Positions 22,896 through 30,900 of a stretch of 64,000 nucleotides of DNA are shown here, in pieces. Numbering within the stretch: position 1 is the stretch's first letter; each line of letters starts with the position of its first letter. The stretch comes from TPA_inf: Saccharomyces (taxonomy: Eukaryota). Both the position numbers and the translations under genes were made by a program. A model generated the notes under the pieces. That model was not told where the DNA came from. It did no database searches and saw only the letters and a list, made by a program, of their open reading frames with translations. Where the stretch lies: assembly GCA_000146045.2 (NCBI GenBank), contig BK006941.2:832001-896000 (forward strand), read 5' to 3'.

Positions 22896-23263
22896 ACAGT
22901 ATACGTAGCACTAGTATCGCTTGAATTATTCGTCCATAGGGTGCAAGTTACCTCATCCATTGTTGCTATGTACCTCTATCTGTATTAACTTCGAGGTAGT
23001 AAACAAATGGGTGGACCGTATTGTGACTCTCCGGGTAACAAAAATATGTTATTTAAATGAAATGACCGGGATGATGGTACTCTCTGAATCTTTCCCTTAT
23101 CTACCTACAAGAAAATGGCAAATATTGTCATAATAAATATAAAAAAAAACTGTAGTTTCTTTTTAAATTTTTCTACTTAAGTTTAGTTATACTGTACCTA
23201 GGTATATATAAATATATATAAATAAAAGTGGCCAAGAATAAAAGAACGCACCCCGTCGTTGAC

Positions 23264-24301
23264 TTAGAAGTCATCATCAAAGTTAATTTCCTTGGATGGG
23301 GTAGCGGACTTAGACATGTCACTGGCCTTTTGGTAGTCGGAAACCTTCTTTTCAAAGAAGGTGGTCTTACCAGCGGTAGCGACATCCTCCATGAATTCGA
23401 ATGGGTTGACGGCGTTGTAGTATTTTTCGTTACCGAAACCTTGTAATAGACCGTCAGCGACAAATTCTATGTAGGTGTGAATGCTCTTCAAATCCATACC
23501 AAATTTTTCTACTGGCAAAGAGTTTGAGTAGTATTCCTTTTCAATTTCCACGGCTTCGGTAATGATTTTTTCAATGATCTTGGGGTTTGGCTTGGTTCTC
23601 AAATGGGCAAATAGCAAGCATGAAAAGTCAGTGTAGGCACCTCTGTCTCTACAGATGTTTCTGTTGGCCATTGCTAAACCTGGCATAATCTTTTTGTCAG
23701 TCAACCAGAACATAGAAGCATAGTTACCAGCTTGGAAAATACCTTCCTTTGCAGCAAATGCTACTAGTCTTTCAGCATACAAGCTGTCATCGTTGGAAAT
23801 CCATCTCTCGATGAAAGCAGCCTTATGCTTGACTTCAGGCAAATTGGCAATTTCCTTGAATAGAGGGATGTTCTTAGGGTCCTTGAAGAAGGCATCAACC
23901 ATCATGGAGTAAACTTCAGAGTAGATGTTTTCCATCATAATCTGGAACCCGTAGAAACTCTTACCTTCAGGGTTTTGCAATTGGGCAGAAAAGTTTTCGA
24001 TCAAGTACTTGTTGACAAGGTTGTCAGAAGAAATGGACAAGGCTAACAAGTTACCGATGTAGGTCTTCTGGTCATCAGTCAATTTTTGGAAATCTTCAGT
24101 GTCCTTAGCCAATTCGATTTCTTCCGCAGTCCAGAAAGAGGCTTCAACCTTCTTGTAAGCAGCCCAGATTTCGTGGTATTTGATAGGGAACATCACGAAT
24201 CTACGGCTGTTTTCCATCAAAAGGATTTCATCCTTTTCAGCTTCTTTCATATCATGACGTTCTTTTTGGAAAGTCTTCAAAAATTGGTTATGTGCTTCCA
24301 T
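23264..24301 (-). CDS. RNR4: Ribonucleotide-diphosphate reductase small subunit (catalytically inactive beta-prime partner)
   Basis: 345-aa R2-family ferritin-like ORF MEAHNQFLKTFQKERHDMKEAEKDEILLMENSRRFVMFPIKYHEIW...; matches Rnr4. Confidence 0.95.
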   Translation of the reverse strand: MEAHNQFLKTFQKERHDMKEAEKDEILLMENSRRFVMFPIKYHEIWAAYKKVEASFWTAEEIELAKDTEDFQKLTDDQKTYIGNLLALSISSDNLVNKYLIENFSAQLQNPEGKSFYGFQIMMENIYSEVYSMMVDAFFKDPKNIPLFKEIANLPEVKHKAAFIERWISNDDSLYAERLVAFAAKEGIFQAGNYASMFWLTDKKIMPGLAMANRNICRDRGAYTDFSCLLFAHLRTKPNPKIIEKIITEAVEIEKEYYSNSLPVEKFGMDLKSIHTYIEFVADGLLQGFGNEKYYNAVNPFEFMEDVATAGKTTFFEKKVSDYQKASDMSKSATPSKEINFDDDF

Positions 24302-25049
24302 TGTAATAACTAATTGTGTGCGTTGCGCGGGGTTGTGTGGCTCAAAAAGATCTGTTTTTGTATTAGCAATTTTTTATTTCCCTTTTTAAATGAATTTTTT
24401 TTCTTTCTGTTTCGAGACAAGGCCTTTTGCAAAAAAAAAAAAAGTAAAAAAGTGAAATTTGATAGTGTAAGGGGACAGAGGTGGGGTCAGAAACCAATGT
24501 ATCTATTGATAGTCTTTTTTTGATCGAAAAGCCAAGAGACAAAAAATGAAGAAAATGAGAGATAAGGAATGAAACTTTAGGAACATTGAAGATTCAATCG
24601 CCGTTTTTATACGCCAGAGCTTCATGAGACCAAGGAAGGAACGGACGTCGTCTACCGATTACAGTAAGCAAAGAGGATGGTGTTGCCACAACAACGCCCA
24701 TCGGGAAGGCAAGAGACGCTGTGGTGAACAATAACTGCCAAAACGTGGTTCTCGCACGCTGAAAAGCGCGTTCTCGTGCGCCGCTTTCAGTGTGCTAGAA
24801 CTTGCACTGTCCGGTTTCCGGTGCTTGGTGTTGGGTGGTCGTACCTGCTAGTTCCATTGGTGCGGTGTATGGGCGGGTACCCTCAAAAAGGGAAACGAAG
24901 GTAGGCGCACGGTGCTTATTAAGCTCAGAGGCGACCTCGCAGAAGGGGGCAGACCACACAAGCGGTGGAGGCGCTCCAGATATTCAGTGGAGTGGGGCTT
25001 GCTCATGTTCTGTTGTTGGTTTTGGATAGAAAAAGAGCGGGTTGAATAG

Positions 25050-25063
25050 TTTGCCATGGCAAC
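25050..25063. promoter_or_regulatory. RFX/Crt1-type X-box palindrome (DNA-damage response element) upstream of RNR4
   Basis: TTTGCCATGGCAAC is a 13/14 match to the palindromic X-box GTTGCCATGGCAAC. A weaker copy GTTGCCACAACAAC lies at about 24682-24695, and two ACGCGT MCB hexamers at 25088-25093 and 25217-25222. Confidence 0.6.
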
Positions 25064-25377
25064 CACTCTGGAAGCGAAATCACATAGACGCGTAAACACT
25101 CACACACAGGATATTCGTATAGCAAGGTACTAGTGGCGACACTCAGGTGGTCCTCGTTGCCTTATCTCCAGATTCCTCAATTTCTGTGAAACGTAAACAT
25201 TATGGGAATAGTCTAGACGCGTACTTCATTTTCTTTGTTTCGTGAAAAGTACACTTTCCCGTCTTCGCCGGTTCCCTTTCTTGCCTGAAATGCTCGTTCT
25301 AATGGAAAAAAAAAGAAATAAAGGTGGGCCTGCCCATTAGCAGGAAATTGGTACTTAATTATTGAAAAAAAAATTAT

Positions 25378-25490
25378 TGGTTGCTAAGAGATTCGAACTC
25401 TTGCATCTTACGATACCTGAGTATTCCCACAGTTAACTGCGGTCAAGATATTTCTTGAATCAGGCGCCTTAGACCGCTCGGCCAAACAAC
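25378..25490 (-). tRNA. tL(CAA): tRNA-Leu (anticodon CAA) with 32-nt intron
   Basis: The reverse complement reads GGTTGTTTGGCCGAGCGGTCTAAGGCGCCTGATTCAAG[aaatatcttgaccgcagttaactgtgggaata]CTCAGGTATCGTAAGATGCAAGAGTTCGAATCTCTTAGCAACCA. A T-run terminator sits on the transcribed strand just downstream (A9 on + at 25363-25371). Confidence 0.93.
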
Positions 25491-26286
25491 CACTTATTTG
25501 TTGAAAGCGAGCGCGGTACAAGTAATGTTACCTCATCTGATATACAATAAAGGTGGAGCGCCAATATATACGCATTTGACTGTTCATAATTCATTGAATA
25601 TAATTTATTCCTTGTTAGTACAAAAGGGTTAAACAGAAAAAGACGTGACGTTGTAACCGAGAGGATGGTAACACCGCGGTATCACCCACTCGCCCAGCCG
25701 TTAAATCCAATCATCCGAATAAAATGTTTGTCCTTGCTAGTTTGTCCTGGTGATAAAAGCCATGACCACTTTTCTTGGAGCCTGCATCTGTTATCTCTCC
25801 CGTCGATAATGGACTTTGCACCGGTGTATTACCCGCAAGAATTCTGATAACGTTCAAGCTAAAACAAAACTGCTAAATGAGTTCTGAAATGGCATTTATG
25901 AGTACATATGATAGATTTGCTATGTATCAAACCTGGAACTGGCGCTAGCGCTATGGTTTCACTTCCTCATTAAACCATACCCTTGACGATTTGACAGGTC
26001 GCTACAGATTCAGAAAGAGATCATATCAATACAACAAATAAAATATAAGCGAATAAAGAGCAATGTCTTTCCCCTTTAGTCACATTACTAGCCAACGCTA
26101 ATTCTTGATCTCCTTCCTCTTGTTTCCGGTGTATCTTAGTTTTCCTGGCGTTGCCGAAGAGTAAAAAAATCCTAGGTCCTAAGATTTATAAAATCGACAA
26201 AAAGAGGATTCAAGTAGGATATCTGTCAGTTCAAACCAATCAATCTTTTCTCTCCAACAACAGTTTGAGCTTATTTAATCAAGAAA

Positions 26287-26604
26287 ATGGGTCTATCATC
26301 TATCTTTGGCGGCGGTGCACCATCACAACAAAAGGAAGCAGCCACTACTGCAAAGACAACCCCAAACCCTATAGCCAAGGAGCTGAAAAACCAAATTGCT
26401 CAAGAACTGGCTGTGGCTAATGCGACTGAATTAGTGAACAAAATTTCTGAGAACTGCTTTGAAAAATGCTTAACTTCGCCATACGCTACCAGAAACGATG
26501 CGTGCATTGACCAGTGTTTGGCTAAATATATGAGAAGTTGGAATGTCATATCAAAGGCTTACATCTCCAGAATCCAGAACGCCTCCGCTTCTGGCGAAAT
26601 CTAA
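26287..26604 (+). CDS. TIM13: Small Tim protein of the mitochondrial intermembrane space (TIM22 pathway chaperone)
   Basis: 105-aa ORF with twin CX3C motif (CFEKC...CIDQC); matches Tim13 (YGR181W). Confidence 0.93.
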
Positions 26605-27062
26605 ACACACCATCAGGATCAATTTACTGCGCAGTATGTACTCGTACTTGTATATAAGATTCAAAGGATACCAAGAAAATGCTATTACGTTTAATAACGT
26701 CGAAGAACAGTATTGCACTATACTTGCTTGGTATAGATATGTACAAAATATATGTATATACATAAAATGAGTTATTCTTTTTCCTAATTCTCTTTTTCCT
26801 TTAGTAGAATATAAAATTATAATAAGGATTTTGTGAACATCTGACAGACAGGCTCGTTCGTGTCTATTTCCATTCTGAAATTTGAATGCGCTTTGGCGAG
26901 ACATAGATTTGTGTCAAAATATGAAGTTGAGTGCCTTTATGAGGTTGGGTTGAACATGAACAACCAGCCAAAATAAAAAAATAATAAATAAGACGAGTGC
27001 CACTTATATAGCTTGAGAGAGAGAGAGAGCGTTTGCACGTATATGTGTGACATAATCAGCGT

Positions 27063-27476
27063 TTACTCATCATCGTCGTCTCCATCGCCTGCAGCTATTC
27101 GAGCCTTGACATCTTTCCATAATTTTCCTTTGTTGTGATTCTCGTACCATGAAGTAATAGCAGTATCAAATACAGTTTGGAAAACAAAGGCACCTGCAAA
27201 GATAGTACCAACAAAAACAGCGTTTCGTTTGAAAAAGGTTTTATATAGTGATGAAAAAGACTACTCATAATTTATGCATTGTTAGTAACCTGAATGGAAA
27301 CGCATGGAACATATTCATAGAGCTGCTGTCACCAATTTCATAAGCTTCGCTAAGTCGTTGCGCTCATCGGTGGGAAACTAATTTCCAAAGCCCATGATAC
27401 TTGGCTAAGGAAGATTCCACGGATAACATTTTTAGCCTGAAATGTGAAGCAGCACACACACACACCAACATACCAT
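27063..27476 (-). CDS. QCR9: Ubiquinol-cytochrome c reductase subunit 9, spliced: exon 1 = ATG only (27474-27476), intron 27261-27473 (213 nt), exon 2 27063-27260
   Basis: By-hand translation gives M+SFSSLYKTFFKRNAVFVGTIFAGAFVFQTVFDTAITSWYENHNKGKLWKDVKARIAAGDGDDDDE (66 aa). The 5' splice site ATG|GTATGT sits at 27468-27476, the TACTAAC branch point at about 27283-27289 and the TAG 3' site at 27261-27263, all on the minus strand. Confidence 0.9.
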
Positions 27477-27676
27477 TTTAGTCCGTATTGCTATTGTTGC
27501 TTTACGAAATTGCGAAGGATATGAAAATCAACCTTCAACGATTATTGACTATCCGTGACAGGACATTAAATACAACTGCTAAGCTAAAGTTTGAGAGGGG
27601 ATGTCATTAGGGAAAGGCCCAAGGATTGAGCAGCTTTTAGGTCCTAGAATTCTTTCGGCATTGACTTCCCCGCGTT

Positions 27677-27684
27677 TGATTGGG
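27677..27684 (-). promoter_or_regulatory. HAP2/3/4/5 CCAAT box (CCAATCA) about 205 bp upstream of the QCR9 ATG
   Basis: + strand tgattggg = CCCAATCA on the QCR9 strand; the HAP complex activates respiratory genes through ACCAATCA-type sites. Confidence 0.5.
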
Positions 27685-27900
27685 TCGTGTATAATGATAC
27701 ATATTAACAACTGGGGAGTTCAAAAGTTGCCTTCGCTAGATAAGGAAACTTATGATAGTCACTTCGAAGTATTTGTAATTAGGTTGGTATTACTTCTTTG
27801 TTAATAATAAATAAAAGTCAATCGACGCGCAAATGTTTAATAATGTATAAGTTTTTATATACAAATATGTCAACTATAAAACATAGTAGAGGGCTTGAAT

Positions 27901-30900
27901 CTACCAAATCTCTCGCTCATCAGAGTCATCATTATCATCAGAGTCATCCTCATCGAGGTTTCTTGGATTTGTATTTCTTATGATAGTAGCTCCATCAAAT
28001 TGAGGTCCTAAGAACTGCAATATTGGTGGGGGATTCTGAGGTGCATCATCATCGCCATTTCCCTGCGGTTGTAGAGTGTTCCTAAAGTTTTCGAAGAATT
28101 GGAAAAAATCACGTACTCCGCCACCAGCAATACCTTCTGCGCCAACCCCAAATAAGTTGGCGGCCTGTCCAGTTTCATCATCAACATCCATTTCGTCATT
28201 TCCCTCCGTAAAAAACCCGTCTTCTCCCTCTTCCATATCTTCATCATCTTCATCTGTTGGAGGTATTCTTCTTGGCCTTGGTTCTCTATTAAATGCAAAC
28301 AAGAAACCATTGGAAAGTATAGTCACTCGAAATTCGTCACCCATTACTCTACTAATATAACCTGGAATTTCATTGTTAATCCATAATCTGTTTAAGTGCT
28401 CATATCTTTTCAAATTCAAGGTGGTTAAATCACCTCTTCTCATGGCATTTCTACCAACTTCACCATGCGAATTTAGATATGGTGCAGATATAAAAATATT
28501 AGAAGGAGGCTGTGTCAAATGGAGACAAACTTCACTTGAATTGGGCATCAGGAAGGCGCCAAATGGTTTAAAACAATTTTTATTCAAATGCTTGGTCATT
28601 TCATGGCGGTCCGCTCTTAAATGCACTTTGACACCACATGTCAAACATATTTTGAAATCTAATCGATTATCCGCATTCTTCATATGCTGAGAACGCTCTT
28701 CACGTAGCTTGATTTCCTTAGATTGGGTAACGTAAGTATTCAAATATTTTGATAAATCTATCAGTTTTATAATCCCACAATATTCATATGGGATGTTCTC
28801 CAAATATGGATGCGATACAATGGACTCCTGCGTTGTCAAAAGATCGACTAAGGATTCTTTTTCAGTAATCATTTTCAATGCCTTATTGACAAACTCGGCG
28901 GTATCTTCGAATTCCAGTTCTTCTTCAACCTCATGACCGTTGATGACCAGCGTTTCATTTTCAGAATCTTTCACTAATTCGTGTAGCACTTTGATAAAGA
29001 CTAAGCACCTTCTTATCGTAGGAAGAAGACTCTTCAACAGGAAGGTATAAGCTAGATCATAAATAATACTTTCGGAGTCCAATCCCTCCATTCGTACATC
29101 AGATATGGTCCTTAGGGCGAAGAGCATCTGCTCACTTACTTTAAGAACATCCCCAATTTTGGACGCTTTAGCATACAATTTGGTAACCTGTTCTGCATCA
29201 GAAAGACCCTGAAGAAAATCTCTTAGAAACTGTCTAGAGAACGTTGTTAACGCCTCTGTAACAGTCTGACGAAGTGAAACTGGAGAAAATAAAGCGCTTC
29301 GAACAATATATTGGAAGAGTTGATTTTGGTTCCAAACAGTATCGGGCTGCTGCGGGTACGGTTCAAACTCCATACTTGGCTTGCCTATGACAAAGGTGAA
29401 CAGCATAATGCAGACTAATATATTTTTTAAAGTTTTGTATTTCTGTTCCCTGCTTCTGAAAAATGAAATACTGTATGGCTTTTCTAACCTAGAAGCAATT
29501 TCTAACATTGAAATGGTATTTGCCCAGTGCACACTTAATATTAAAGAAACGTCCTTATGCGAAAAGTTGGCCCGCTTTCTTACCGCTTTATCAAAACCTT
29601 GACACTGAGATATCATCAACGAAAATATAGAGTTTATTGTACGATAATTTTCCTCAGTAAAAGGTTTGAAGAGCCTTGACAATGTATCCAAAGAAAGTTC
29701 TGATTCCAAAAACATATCTAGCGACAAACCAGTATTTGCCTTTGAGGTTTGACAAAGAGGTAAAGTACAATTCGAAAATGTTTGGCATAAAGGACATATA
29801 AACGCGTTTGATGAAAATCTCTTTTTTTGAACGTACCTCTTGAAGCAGTTATGATGAATGTGATGATTACAGGATACAAATACTTTCCTAGATCCACAAC
29901 TACCGTTTTCCTTCAAAGCCTCTAAAACATCATCGTCAATATAAGCTTGTTTTTCATCATCGTTGTAGAAACCATCCCACATGGGCATAAATTCATTTGG
30001 GTTAAAAATATTACCAGGTCTAAATATCGGGGAATGATCATGGTACGCAGGTATCACAAAAAAATCGGTCGAACTGGAATCTTGACATAGTGCGCAGGTA
30101 AAATCCTCCGATTCATATACTTTTTCACCGACCATGTCAACATCGTTATCCTGCTCATCAAATTCAGACTCATGTTCTTTCATGAATTTCGTTTGTTGAT
30201 TGTTAAACTTGGCTAGAAGCCTTGCTTGATGTTTCTTGGCCAATCTTCTTTTTCGTTCCTTCTCTGTCTCTTGTAAGTTAACTCCTTGGCGTAGTTTCTT
30301 ATCCTTATAATCATTAACGTATTGGTTGCCAAAACTGGCAATTAATGACTCAAAAAGTTCATTTGGTTTTTTCATTATCATCTTCTCTAACAAATAGTCG
30401 GCTTTACGGACAATACTCTCGGAAAATACGTCTGATTTAGCATTGGCTATGCTCAAGAGTAAATTACATATAGGCTTTGACAAATAAGCTTCTGGTATAG
30501 AGTCCTTACCATTTATCAATTCATCATCCCTGAATATACCATGAACTAAATGTAGTAGCTCATTCAGGAAAGTGCTATCCTCCATATCCAGACATACCTG
30601 GAGTAGTTTATAGACCACTTTGGCAAATACCGTATTCCTTGTAAAAGCACCCAGATTGAGAGCGTCTTTATCTAACTGTTTTATTGAGACTTGGGGTATT
30701 AGTACAACTTTTGCTATTTCATCCTTATCCTTAGCCAAATGTGATTTAATAATAGTTGCACTACTTTCGAATTCGTTTTCCAAATTCAGCAACTTTAACG
30801 GATCAACCTTTGCATACAAGCTTGCTTTTAATTTAAAAACACCATTGTCGGCCAAGCCCTTAGGCTCAACGAAAACAGAGACTTCTTCAAGTGCTTCGTC

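Noticed and set aside
24802-25099. 75-aa (+) and 83-aa (-) ORFs in the GC-rich block upstream of RNR4
   Set aside because: Open frames are expected by chance in GC-rich DNA (few stop codons). Neither has a plausible start context or recognisable protein features. The region is better interpreted as regulatory (X-box, MCBs), see findings.
26151-26420. 89-aa + strand ORF overlapping the TIM13 start region
   Set aside because: Out-of-frame overlap with the well-supported TIM13 ORF and its promoter; no features of a real protein.
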